Virus record (IMG/VR): IMGVR_UViG_2857349434_000001
Location: 1 to 64,000 of that record
Origin: a virus
Taxonomy: Duplodnaviria > Heunggongvirae > Uroviricota > Caudoviricetes
Strand: one strand, 5' to 3'
DNA: 64,000 nucleotides
Shown here: piece after piece, positions 32,441 to 41,593 of the stretch
How the letters are laid out: the number at the start of each line of letters is the position of its first letter
Position numbering within the stretch: position 1 is the stretch's first letter
Notes under the pieces: generated by a model
Told to the model about the DNA's origin: nothing
What the model saw: the letters and a program-made list of their open reading frames with translations, nothing else
Databases searched by the model: none
Translations under genes and position numbers: made by a program

Positions 32441-33234
32441 TGACGCTCTACGCCAAAAACGCGGGCGTGATCGCATCTGCCAAGACCTTGTATGTCAAGC
32501 AGGGCGGGGTCTGGGTGCCGGCGAAGCAGGGGTACGCTCGCAACGGAGGTGTCTGGCCGAGTTTCCTGGCCCTCCCGGCTACGATCGCATTCCAGCAATT
32601 TACCGCCTACACGAGTGCGACTGGATCATCCACGACACTTACGTTCGCCAATGTACCTCTTGGGCCGGCGGGGGCTAATCGCTGCATCTTAATGATTATA
32701 CCCCACGTCGTTGGGGGTGGCTCTTCAGGTTTAGTTACTGGTGTAACTTTAGATGGCACACCCATGAAGCTACATGCCCAAGTTAATCTTGCTTTGGGTG
32801 GTTCTGGGGCCGGAATTGCACTGGCGGCTCTCAAGAAGCCAACTGGAACGACTGGAAATGTCGTGGTCACTATGTCTGGCGGCGCCGGCTTCTGGCGGCC
32901 AAATCTGGCGACGTATAACGCACAAAACATCCAGTCGGATGACCCGTTGCAGACCCCACTGGCAGAAAGTCAAGCAACGATCAGTGTCTCCTCCCACACG
33001 TTCTCACATTCAGTGAAGAAAGACGGTGTAGTTATATTCGGTGCTCAATTTTACGGAAACACTACAAACCGTTCCATGAGCGGACTTAGCCGAGACTATA
33101 ATAACGTCTACGGCGCAAGTTGGGAGCATCTTGGTGGTGCATCTGCAATTGCGGCGGATAACGCCGCATTCCCAGTCACTGTTTCTGGAGGAACGACTGC
33201 TGGCTGGAACACCATCATGGCGTCATTCCGATAG
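32440..33234 (+). CDS. hypothetical fibre-associated protein (264 aa)
   Basis: tgATGa coupling. Confidence 0.5.
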   Translation: MTLYAKNAGVIASAKTLYVKQGGVWVPAKQGYARNGGVWPSFLALPATIAFQQFTAYTSATGSSTTLTFANVPLGPAGANRCILMIIPHVVGGGSSGLVTGVTLDGTPMKLHAQVNLALGGSGAGIALAALKKPTGTTGNVVVTMSGGAGFWRPNLATYNAQNIQSDDPLQTPLAESQATISVSSHTFSHSVKKDGVVIFGAQFYGNTTNRSMSGLSRDYNNVYGASWEHLGGASAIAADNAAFPVTVSGGTTAGWNTIMASFR

Positions 33235-33250
33235 CAAGAAGGGCAACCCT

Positions 33251-33868
33251 ATGAGTTTTCTAGTCACCAACCCTGACGACGGTTCATTCGTCGTCCGAGG
33301 TCATCCTGGCTGGCGCACCGGGGACACCCCGGAAACCGCCCGTTTGCTCACCGATGCTGAACTCGTCGAGCACGGCTTCGGCCGTCTGATCATCGACGAG
33401 CAGCCAGCCTACGACCCGGCGAAGCAGACCTGTGAAGCTGCTCCCATCGACCAATGGGTCCTGACGGAGACGACCGCGACGGTGGTTTATGTCGTTACGA
33501 ACCTGAGCCTTGAGCAGCTTCGGGCCAACAAGCTGACGGCGCTCGCGGACAAGCGCTGGAACGTCGAGAACGGTGGCATCGTCATCGGGGGCGCCCCTGT
33601 TCGCACTGATGCCACCAGCCAGTCGAAGATCACCGGCGCGGTGTCGCTCTTCCAGAATGATCCGGATCTCACGTTTATCGACTGGGAGGCCCAGCCTGGC
33701 ATTTGGGTGACGTTCGACGCCGAAACGATGAAGGCGATTGGCATTGCAGTCGGGCGCCACGTTCAGGCTTGTTTCAGTCGAGCGAAGGCCCTGTCTGCAC
33801 AGATCATACAGGCCCAGGATGAGGCTGCGTTGGACGCGATCGACATTGAGAGCGGCTGGCCCTCATAG
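33251..33868 (+). CDS. hypothetical protein (206 aa), possibly a fibre assembly chaperone
   Basis: Trimmed to Met41. Confidence 0.45.
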   Translation: MSFLVTNPDDGSFVVRGHPGWRTGDTPETARLLTDAELVEHGFGRLIIDEQPAYDPAKQTCEAAPIDQWVLTETTATVVYVVTNLSLEQLRANKLTALADKRWNVENGGIVIGGAPVRTDATSQSKITGAVSLFQNDPDLTFIDWEAQPGIWVTFDAETMKAIGIAVGRHVQACFSRAKALSAQIIQAQDEAALDAIDIESGWPS

Positions 33869-33947
33869 TGCATCACCGTGATGCACACCAAGTTTGCGAC
33901 CTGACTAACTAATCACGACATGCACCCCGTACAACACGGGGCATTTC

Positions 33948-35063
33948 GTGAAACAACTACCGAAGACACCTGAGATCATCGCGCGCCTGAAGCAGGCTGG
34001 CGCATCGGTCGACAACGTGTCGGTCTTCGAAGCGATCGCCCTTAACAATCGCCCGCTGCGCAAACGGCACCCGCTCTACAACGGCGCCGTCGCGCAGCGC
34101 TCGCTCCTCCTGGAGATGGCCTTGGCTCTCGAGACCGAGAGCCGGCCATTCCAGATCATGCACAACGGCGAAGATCTGCCGATCGGCCGCGCCTTCCGTG
34201 GACAGGTCGTAGACGGCCAGGACACGGAACTGCGCATCCTCTTCTGGGTCGACAAGACCCACGAGGACAAGATCCAGCAGATCGACAACGGAACCGTTGA
34301 CCAAGTCTCGGTTGGCATCCTGCCGAAGCAGATGATCTGCTCGGCTGACGGGTTCGATTTCTTCGGCCCTAACGCTGACTTCGAAAGCCTATTCACCGGC
34401 ACTACGCCTGACGGCCACACGGTCGGTGAGAACGGCGTCTACTGCAAGATGGTCGGCCTCGAAGCCTTCTTCGAAGTCTCGCTCGTCGGGCAAGGCGGCG
34501 CCCAAAACGCGCGCATCGTGAACAGCGATCAAAGCCACTTCTCGCCTCACATGAAGGCGCTGGCCGCGAAAACCTCTCTCGATCGTCTCGCACTCACCGC
34601 AACAGCAACTATCAGGGAAAAGCCCATCATGGACGTCAAGGAACTCCTCGCCGAACTGCGCGCCACCGAGAAGGACAGCGTCAAGTTCCAGATCGAGAAC
34701 GAGCAGCTCAAGGCCTCGAACGGCACGCTCAAGACCGAGCTCGACGCGCTCAAGGCCCAGCTCGCGAACGCGAACAAGGACGAGCCGGCGATCAAGACCG
34801 AGCTCGACGCGCTGAAGGTTACCCACACCGAGACCGAAGCCAAACTGTCGGCGGCCGACGCGGCTCTCCGCGAGATCTGCAAGAAGGTCCTGACCGCCTC
34901 CGGCCAGGTCGACGCAGCTGTTCCGGAGAAGCTGGAAGAGGTCGTCGCCAAGATCACCGAGACCAAGATCAACCTGGTCGCCGGTGGAAAGTCCCAGGGC
35001 GCCGAGGGTGACCTCGCGGCCTCGGCAGCTCCCGCGGTCGCGTCCTTCCGGACCCGTCGCTAA
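33948..35063 (+). CDS. prohead protease (S78/HK97-like) fused to a coiled-coil scaffold-like C-terminus
   Basis: FEVSLVGQGGAQNARI resembles the conserved E.SLV..PA motif of caudoviral prohead proteases; the C-terminal KTELDALKAQL repeats look like a scaffold coiled coil. Confidence 0.55.
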   Translation: MKQLPKTPEIIARLKQAGASVDNVSVFEAIALNNRPLRKRHPLYNGAVAQRSLLLEMALALETESRPFQIMHNGEDLPIGRAFRGQVVDGQDTELRILFWVDKTHEDKIQQIDNGTVDQVSVGILPKQMICSADGFDFFGPNADFESLFTGTTPDGHTVGENGVYCKMVGLEAFFEVSLVGQGGAQNARIVNSDQSHFSPHMKALAAKTSLDRLALTATATIREKPIMDVKELLAELRATEKDSVKFQIENEQLKASNGTLKTELDALKAQLANANKDEPAIKTELDALKVTHTETEAKLSAADAALREICKKVLTASGQVDAAVPEKLEEVVAKITETKINLVAGGKSQGAEGDLAASAAPAVASFRTRR

Positions 35064-35096
35064 GCGCAACCAGCCAGCCAACAGGAAAACCAACCA

Positions 35097-35498
35097 ATGG
35101 CCACTTACTCTCATCAGAACGTCACGCTGCGCGGGTTCCACTGGGAAGTCTCGTCGCTCACCTTCAACCTCGCCACGGGCATCACCGAGAACGACATCGG
35201 CAAGGCCGTTTCGGTCGACGCCTCCGGCCCCAACAAGGTGAAGCTCTCCGGTGACGGCGACACCATCATCGGCCGCCTCGCGTCCGTCGAAAACCGCTCC
35301 GTCGAAGGCTCTCTTGTGGGCGCCGTCGAGCTGCAGTTCGCCAACACCCTGCCGATCAAGAACGGCTCGGTCGTCGCAGTAGGCGACACCGTGGTCGGCG
35401 CCGGCGCCGGTGAGGTGAAGTCCGCGGGCGCCGCCAACCACAACGCCAACTTCGTCGCCGAAGTCATCGGTTCGATGGCCGTGGTGGTGAAGGTCTAA
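35097..35498 (+). CDS. hypothetical head protein (133 aa), possibly decoration or DUF2190-like
   Basis: Sits between the protease and the capsid gene. Confidence 0.45.
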   Translation: MATYSHQNVTLRGFHWEVSSLTFNLATGITENDIGKAVSVDASGPNKVKLSGDGDTIIGRLASVENRSVEGSLVGAVELQFANTLPIKNGSVVAVGDTVVGAGAGEVKSAGAANHNANFVAEVIGSMAVVVKV

Positions 35499-35531
35499 TC
35501 CAAACCCCGAACGAAACGAGGAAATACCAAA

Positions 35532-36731
35532 ATGCAGTTCAAGCCTCTCTCTCAGGTCAAGCGTCGGGGTGTGGAAGCTCTCGCGGCGTTGAAGTCGGAA
35601 GACCACGGCGCGTCCCGCAGCGCCGGCCAGAAGATCTTGGCCGAAGCCAAGTCCTTCGGCCTCGACATGCGTGACTACCTCAACCTCGCGATCGACGTCC
35701 GTCGCTCCGAGGACGCCGACAAGCTCTACCGCGACGACCGCGGCTATCTGTCGGGCTACGAGGCCTCGCTGGCCTTCCTGAACCTGCCGATCCAGAACGA
35801 CTTCGAGCGCGGCATCGTGCTGGAAGCTGCGTCGGACACGTTCCAGACGTTCCCGGGCGTCCGCGCCATCTTCCCGCAGGTCGTCGATGACGTCGTGCGC
35901 TGGAAGTTCCGCCAGGACAACCTGGAGACGACCCAGGCCATCGTTGGTTCGAGCCGCACGATGTCCGGCGTCGAGCTGATCTCGACCGTCGTGGACGACA
36001 AGCAGGAAGACTACCAGGTCGTGTCGGCGGTTGCCGAGCTCGGCCGCTTCCCGGTCAAGACGATCCGTCTGTCCGAGCAGTCGGTCAAGTTCTACAAGCA
36101 CGGCGGTGGCTATCGCTTCTCGTACGAGTTCGACCGTCGCGCCAGCATCGAGACGCTCGTTCCGTACGTGAACCGTATGGACCGCGAGAAGGAGCTGTCG
36201 AAGGTTCGTTCGGCGACCCACATCCTGATCAACGGCGACGGCGTCAACCCGGCCGCTCCTGTCGTGAAGCAGAAGGACTTCGTGTCCACCGCGACCGACA
36301 AGAAGCTGAACTACGAGGCGCTCCTGCGCTGGCTCGTGGCTCGCGCCCAGGCTGGTATCCCGGTCGACACCGTTGTCGGCAACTGGGACACCTACATCGA
36401 CTGGCTGCTGCTCTTCGCCATTCCGACGTCGAATGCAAACCGCACCGACGCCGAGAACCTGGCGGCCTCGGGCTTCCAGATCGGTGGTGTGCCGATCCTG
36501 CGCGGCACGGTGAACTTCGCCCTGTCGTCCTCGGCTCCGGCCAAGCAGCTCCTGGGCATGTCGCGCGGCGACACGCTGGAAGAGTTGAACGAGGGCGGCT
36601 CGCAGATCGAAGAGACCGAGCGTGCGATCACCAACCAGTCGATCACGTTCACCAAGTCCGAGAACACCGGCTACAAGCTGGCCTTCTCCGACACCCGGTC
36701 GATCTTCGATTACGACAGCACCGACGACTAA
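35532..36731 (+). CDS. major capsid protein candidate (399 aa)
   Basis: Gene order protease to capsid; GAGGA RBS; strong terminator immediately downstream. Confidence 0.6.
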   Translation: MQFKPLSQVKRRGVEALAALKSEDHGASRSAGQKILAEAKSFGLDMRDYLNLAIDVRRSEDADKLYRDDRGYLSGYEASLAFLNLPIQNDFERGIVLEAASDTFQTFPGVRAIFPQVVDDVVRWKFRQDNLETTQAIVGSSRTMSGVELISTVVDDKQEDYQVVSAVAELGRFPVKTIRLSEQSVKFYKHGGGYRFSYEFDRRASIETLVPYVNRMDREKELSKVRSATHILINGDGVNPAAPVVKQKDFVSTATDKKLNYEALLRWLVARAQAGIPVDTVVGNWDTYIDWLLLFAIPTSNANRTDAENLAASGFQIGGVPILRGTVNFALSSSAPAKQLLGMSRGDTLEELNEGGSQIEETERAITNQSITFTKSENTGYKLAFSDTRSIFDYDSTDD

Positions 36732-36737
36732 GAGCCC

Positions 36738-36772
36738 ATGAGCCCGCCGCCCCCAGGGCGGCGGGCCTTCTT
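36738..36772 (+). terminator. rho-independent terminator after the capsid gene
   Basis: GCCCGCCGCCCC-CAGG-GGCGGCGGGC followed by CTTCTTTG. Confidence 0.5.
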
Positions 36773-36784
36773 TGAGGAAACCCC

Positions 36785-37132
36785 ATGATCAAATTGCTTG
36801 CGGAAACGAAGGGCTCGTTCCAGCTCCACGATCTGGCTCACAAGGGCCAGCGCATCCAGGCTCGCCGGCCAAGCGTCGTCGAGAACTCCCACTTCATCCA
36901 GGACCGGATCGGCCGCGGCCAGGTCCGTGTCATCGCCGAGCTCAAGCCCGAAGCCACCGACGCGGATTTCGTCAGCTACCGCAAGGAGAGCGAAGGTGAC
37001 GACCAGCTGGCGATCGACGCCTTCCTGGCCGAGTTCGGCGCCGAGGCGGCCGAGCAGCCGGCCGGCAAGAAGAAGCGCGCCAGCCGGAAGCCCAAGGAAG
37101 AGGGCGGCGAAGGCGACGAAGGTGATGCCTGA
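36785..37132 (+). CDS. hypothetical head-completion protein (115 aa)
   Basis: Position in the head-tail joining block. Confidence 0.45.
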   Translation: MIKLLAETKGSFQLHDLAHKGQRIQARRPSVVENSHFIQDRIGRGQVRVIAELKPEATDADFVSYRKESEGDDQLAIDAFLAEFGAEAAEQPAGKKKRASRKPKEEGGEGDEGDA

Positions 37133-37839
37133 TGCGCACCTTTGAGGCAGGCCGGGACGTAACGATCCCAGTCAACCTTACCTACAACGGTCAACCAGCT
37201 GTCCCGGACTCCGGGACAGCTGTGCTGTCCGTATCGGCCCCGGGCGGCGAGGTACTCTTCACCGAGGACCTGACCACCGGCCCGACCGACGCTGTGATCG
37301 TGGTGACGATCCCGGCCGCGCACAACCAGATCACCACCGCCTTTTCCCGTCGCGTCGTCCGCATCACCGCCGAGCGCGGTGGCATCCCGTTCGACGCCGT
37401 GACGATGTACCGGCTGACGCCCCAGATCCTCTACACCGTGACGCCCAAGGACGTGCGCGGTTTCCTCGGCGTGAACGAGGGTGAGCTGCCGGACGAGGAC
37501 GTCGATCTCGCCGGTGCCTACCTCAATCTCGAGTTCTCGATCGGTCGTGACAAGCTGGCCGCCGCGCTGACCTCCGGCGAGGAGGCCGAGCTGCGCGCCA
37601 ACGAAGCCGTCCTCTACAGCACCGTCCTGGAGCTCATCCCCTCGCTCGCCAACCGCGTGGCCCAGGAGGAGACGGACGGCGCGCTGAGCTTCAAGCGCAA
37701 CGCGCGCAAGGACTTCTCCGATCTGAAGAAGTCGGCGGAGGACCGTCTGTCGGCCGCCCTGGCGGCCATCAACCCGGTGGTCGACCCCGGTTACGCGATC
37801 CTGATCACGACGACTGACGCCGATCCGATCACGGGGTAA
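37132..37839 (+). CDS. hypothetical head-tail connector-block protein (235 aa)
   Basis: Coupled to the neighbouring genes. Confidence 0.45.
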   Translation: MRTFEAGRDVTIPVNLTYNGQPAVPDSGTAVLSVSAPGGEVLFTEDLTTGPTDAVIVVTIPAAHNQITTAFSRRVVRITAERGGIPFDAVTMYRLTPQILYTVTPKDVRGFLGVNEGELPDEDVDLAGAYLNLEFSIGRDKLAAALTSGEEAELRANEAVLYSTVLELIPSLANRVAQEETDGALSFKRNARKDFSDLKKSAEDRLSAALAAINPVVDPGYAILITTTDADPITG

Positions 37840-37841
37840 CC

Positions 37842-38378
37842 ATGGCCAGCCTTCACAGCGCCGCACGCCGGTTCGAAACCCTGATCTTCAAGGAGAACGG
37901 TCAGCCGTTCAACGGCACGATCATGCCGGTCGATGAGGGCAAGATCCCCAGCTACGACTTCGCGTCTCCACGCCTGATGCTCCGCACCACGGTCGAGGGC
38001 GTCGTCAAGGCGCGCGACATCATCCTGGACGACCTCAACCGGCGCTTCATCGTCGCCAACAACGGCTACTCGCCCTACGGCAAGCAGTTCACCTGGAGGC
38101 TCTTCCAGGTGCTGGCCGATCTTTCCTGGAAACGTCAGGCCAGCACGACCGACAATCTCACCGGCCTGAAGAAGGGTCAGCCGCCCCAGGATCTCGGCCT
38201 GATCCCATGCACCGTCGAAATGACGGGTCGCGAATATCCGGAGCCCGCCACCAATCTCTCGGAGGAGACCCGCAGGATCGTCACCGCGGCGCACCTGCAG
38301 CTCGGGGACCAGGTCGACGACGCCGTCGTGCGCAGGCTCGATACGGCGCTCGGAGTGACCTATGCCGAGATCCGCTAA
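37842..38378 (+). CDS. hypothetical head-tail joining protein (178 aa)
   Basis: Coupled to the neighbouring genes. Confidence 0.45.
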   Translation: MASLHSAARRFETLIFKENGQPFNGTIMPVDEGKIPSYDFASPRLMLRTTVEGVVKARDIILDDLNRRFIVANNGYSPYGKQFTWRLFQVLADLSWKRQASTTDNLTGLKKGQPPQDLGLIPCTVEMTGREYPEPATNLSEETRRIVTAAHLQLGDQVDDAVVRRLDTALGVTYAEIR

Positions 38379-39339
38379 GGCCAAGATCACCGCCACCTTC
38401 ACGAAGCAGGGGTCCTCGATAAAAGGGGGCACCGCGTCCGCATCGGTCGGTCGGTCGGTCAATCAGTTCTCCACCTCGGATATGGGGCAGCTCCCTGGCG
38501 TCGTGGCGACCAATCTTGCAAGGACGATCGAACGCTCGAACCGTGTCAACTTTTTCGCCACCAAGGCCGAGACCTTGGCGAAGCGGATCTCGGACGGCAT
38601 CGACGCAGAGCTCCGCAAGATCGGGCAGTTCATCAGCGCCGAGCTGATCGGCCAGAGGTCTGAAACGGAGTACGGCGGCAAGACCTCGCTCGAGATCGAC
38701 GAGTTTGACGAGGCCGGCATCTTCGTCGACTGGCGTAATCTGGCCAACATCACCAGGCGCAAGAAGACCGCCAACAAGGACAAGTTCTTCCTACACACGA
38801 CGGCGCTGCGTTCCGAGATCCGCGCCAAGGCCGGCCCGGGCCTGGTCAACCTGAACACCGGCTTCAGGGCGCGCGGTGGTGGCGGCGTCGTGAGCTACGG
38901 GTGTGTGACGATCCGGCCCTACTACTATGACGACGACACCGGCAAGCGCGTCTACAAGATCGCCGACATCTCGATCAACCTGCTGGCCGGCGCCCCGGCC
39001 AACGTCGTTCGCGCCGTGTTGACGCAGCAGACCTTCAACCAGGACACGACGGTCGCTGGCAACATGCCCGTGCTGGCCCGACTGATGGGACTCAGCGACA
39101 GCGCGATCAAGAAGCTGGAGGGTGGGGTGCTCGACCGCAACCGTCCCAACCCGCGCAACCGGAGTGGCTTCAAGATCGGGTCGGTCCACAACGGTTTCAC
39201 CGGCCAGAGCATGAACTTCTACAGGCCGCTGCTGGAACCGTCCCTCGCATACTTCTTCCAGAAGAGAGTTCCGCTCGCGGTTGAGAAAGCCCTGAACCGC
39301 TATTCGATCGGCAAGGGCCGCACATATGGAGGTGCCTAA
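38362..39339 (+). CDS. hypothetical protein (325 aa)
   Basis: Coupled to the neighbouring genes. Confidence 0.45.
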   Translation: MPRSAKAKITATFTKQGSSIKGGTASASVGRSVNQFSTSDMGQLPGVVATNLARTIERSNRVNFFATKAETLAKRISDGIDAELRKIGQFISAELIGQRSETEYGGKTSLEIDEFDEAGIFVDWRNLANITRRKKTANKDKFFLHTTALRSEIRAKAGPGLVNLNTGFRARGGGGVVSYGCVTIRPYYYDDDTGKRVYKIADISINLLAGAPANVVRAVLTQQTFNQDTTVAGNMPVLARLMGLSDSAIKKLEGGVLDRNRPNPRNRSGFKIGSVHNGFTGQSMNFYRPLLEPSLAYFFQKRVPLAVEKALNRYSIGKGRTYGGA

Positions 39340-39788
39340 TGAGCTACATGAATGTCTGGACGTCCATCGCGGCCTACATCAACCAGCAGATCCAGATGAT
39401 CGCGGCCAACGGCATCGCGCCGGCCAACATGCTTCAGATGTTCGACTGGGAGGCGCATGCCAACATCGAGGAGGCACCAGCCCTACACCTGATCGGGCCG
39501 GCCTCATTGGCGCTCGACGAGGTCACGGACGGGATCTACAGCGCGACCTTCGTGATCGGCGTCGGCTCGTTCAATGATGAGGGGTTGTTCGTCCACCGCA
39601 GGATGGTGGACCACCTTTTCAAATCCCTGAAGACAGGAACGCGGCTATCGGTTTTCGACAGTCAGAGCGAGCAACCGTACAGCTGGCTCAAAATCGTTGA
39701 TGGAACCGCGGTCGCGCCGATGACCAAGGCCAATACGCGAGCGCTGCAATTCATTCAGGCCGAGGCGTTGGTAGATCCGATGGCGTAG
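39339..39788 (+). CDS. hypothetical protein (149 aa)
   Basis: ATGA coupling. Confidence 0.45.
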   Translation: MSYMNVWTSIAAYINQQIQMIAANGIAPANMLQMFDWEAHANIEEAPALHLIGPASLALDEVTDGIYSATFVIGVGSFNDEGLFVHRRMVDHLFKSLKTGTRLSVFDSQSEQPYSWLKIVDGTAVAPMTKANTRALQFIQAEALVDPMA

Positions 39789-39946
39789 TGCGCCTGGAGG
39801 ATAGCCCGGTTGGTCTCGTCTTCCTGGGCGAGAGCCGTCTCAACAAGAACGACGATCTCAGCCGACAAGGAGCGCCGGAGGAAGGTAGCACGGCGCTCCA
39901 AGATCTCCTTCAAGTCGTCGTCCACGTTCAGAGTAATCCGCTTCAT
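39755..39946 (-). CDS. ribbon-helix-helix (Arc/MetJ/CopG-like) DNA-binding protein, 63 aa, antisense to the late operon
   Basis: Trimmed to Met27; MKRITLNVDDDLKEILERRATFLRRSLSAEIVVLVETAL gives a beta-strand then two helices typical of RHH; overlaps the 3' end of 39339..39788. Confidence 0.55.
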   Translation of the reverse strand: MKRITLNVDDDLKEILERRATFLRRSLSAEIVVLVETALAQEDETNRAILQAHYAIGSTNASA

Positions 39947-40055
39947 TTTACACCATTGTGCTGCACACGTTGATTGCTCATGTAGGTGCTGGTGCCCACC
40001 TAACAAGCGCGATTGAAAGATCATTCTGCGCCGATTTCAAAAGGAGCACCACCAC

Positions 40056-40850
40056 ATGGCCGGTAACGCCAAAACCAACAAGTTTATGCTGTCCACGGCG
40101 ACCGTCATGCTCGGTCCCCTTGCTGACCTCCACCAGCTCAACCCGATGGAACATTCGATCGGTCTGGTGAAGAACTTCCAGCTGACCGGCGAAGCCCAGA
40201 TGACGGAGCTCACGCAGGGCATCCGCAATGCGGTTGTCATGTCCGTGCGTACGGGCGAAGGCCTCAAGACCTCCTGTGAGGTCTACGAGTTCACCGCGAA
40301 GAACCTCGCCTATGCTGCCGGTCTCGATGCCACCGGCACGAGCTTCGACGTCGTGGACGAGATGTCGGCCCTGAGCGCCGAGGTGACTGCCGCTGCTTCC
40401 GACATCGTGCTCGCGGTGGCGCCGACGAAGCCGATCGCCGCTGGCGACTACCTCTTCATCCAGAAGGGCCAGGACGACTACGTCCACGTCGTCAAGGTCG
40501 AGACCTGGACCGACGCGACCAAGACGGCAACGCTCGCCGCCGGCTTCGAGATCCCGACCGGCATGACCTTCCCGGTAGGCTCGCGCGTCGGCCGCCTGAA
40601 GAAGGTCGTCGTCGGTCAGACTGTTACCCAGCCCGACCTGGCCTGTAAGGTCACTGGCATCCTGCCGAAGGACAATACGCCGTTCACCATCCTTCTGCCG
40701 AAGGTCAAGGTGACGCGCGGTCTGGGCATCTCCTTCGCGTCGGACAACTTCTCGAACATGCCGTTCGAGATGCAGCCGTACCAGATGGTCACGACCGACC
40801 CGTTCTACGACGAATACGGCGACGGCCAGGCGATCCTGCTGGCGCGCTAA
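40056..40850 (+). CDS. major tail protein candidate (264 aa)
   Basis: Lies just upstream of the chaperone and tape-measure genes; a strong terminator follows. Confidence 0.55.
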   Translation: MAGNAKTNKFMLSTATVMLGPLADLHQLNPMEHSIGLVKNFQLTGEAQMTELTQGIRNAVVMSVRTGEGLKTSCEVYEFTAKNLAYAAGLDATGTSFDVVDEMSALSAEVTAAASDIVLAVAPTKPIAAGDYLFIQKGQDDYVHVVKVETWTDATKTATLAAGFEIPTGMTFPVGSRVGRLKKVVVGQTVTQPDLACKVTGILPKDNTPFTILLPKVKVTRGLGISFASDNFSNMPFEMQPYQMVTTDPFYDEYGDGQAILLAR

Positions 40851-40873
40851 TTTCCAAAAATCCGTAGAACAAG

Positions 40874-40914
40874 ACCTCGCCCGTGACTACATCACGGGCG
40901 AGGTTTTTCTTTAT
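40874..40914 (+). terminator. rho-independent terminator
   Basis: ACCTCGCCCGTGA-CTACAT-CACGGGCGAGGT followed by TTTTTCTTT. Confidence 0.65.
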
Positions 40915-40925
40915 CAGGAGCATCT

Positions 40926-41342
40926 ATGTCGGACGTACTAGAGGATCGTTTTGAGATCGAACAAAACGGCGAGAAGCGCGAAATCTTCATGTCCTTCGGA
41001 CTGCTCAACGAGATCACCGCTCTGATGAGCGAGCCGGCCCAGGCGGCCAGCGTGTACTTCAATCCTGTGCTTCGCGAGCGTGTGCTCCTGGCGGCCCTCC
41101 ACCTGCGTTCCAAATCAGGGAAAATCCAGGAAACGCTCGCGTCCCTTGACGACGTCGAGATCCCAGCTTCGGACATGGAAGCCCTCCTGGCATGGGAGGT
41201 GGATCATGCCATCGGTTTTTTCACTCGTTCAATGGACCGAGTGGTGAAGCTGAAGGGCGCCCTGGAAGAGCTCAATCAGGGCGCGTCTTCACTGAATGGG
41301 TCACCGGCCTCTCGTTCGAAGAAGCAATCATCTGGACGCTGA
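40926..41342 (+). CDS. tail assembly chaperone (G-like)
   Basis: Sits just upstream of the tape measure; a -1 overlapping ORF follows. Confidence 0.65.
   Translation: MSDVLEDRFEIEQNGEKREIFMSFGLLNEITALMSEPAQAASVYFNPVLRERVLLAALHLRSKSGKIQETLASLDDVEIPASDMEALLAWEVDHAIGFFTRSMDRVVKLKGALEELNQGASSLNGSPASRSKKQSSGR
41216..41222 (+). promoter_or_regulatory. -1 programmed ribosomal frameshift slippery heptamer T_TTT_TTC
   Basis: In the G frame the codons read GGT TTT TTC; the -1 ORF (open from 41192) continues CAC...; the overlap geometry is checked against the ORF track. Confidence 0.55.
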
Positions 41343-41593
41343 AGGTCAAGCCGAGCGATCTCCGCGAGGTCTACTGGAGCCACACCTACCAGGACCTCGT
41401 GACCATCGTCCGGCTGAACACGGAAGGAAAGGTAGCGGAACTCGGTCAGCACTTCGACAACCTGGCAACGGTGATCTCGAAGGTGCTCGGCGGTTCCGAT
41501 GACGAGGACGACAATGAGGACGTCACAGTGGTCGAAAGCTGGGATGACCTTGTAGCGGCCTTCAACACGCTAGGGGGTCAAGTTGGCGCTTGA
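41222..41593 (+). CDS. frameshift extension of the tail chaperone (G-T fusion product)
   Basis: The -1 frame is open from 41192 to 41593 and ends inside the tape-measure start; classic G/GT arrangement. Confidence 0.55.
   Translation, partial: HSFNGPSGEAEGRPGRAQSGRVFTEWVTGLSFEEAIIWTLKVKPSDLREVYWSHTYQDLVTIVRLNTEGKVAELGQHFDNLATVISKVLGGSDDEDDNEDVTVVESWDDLVAAFNTLGGQVGA

Noticed and set aside
34389-36221. 610-aa minus-strand ORF spanning the protease, 133-aa and capsid genes
   Set aside because: Shadow ORF. The plus strand has ordered head genes with RBS-backed starts and a terminator after the capsid gene.
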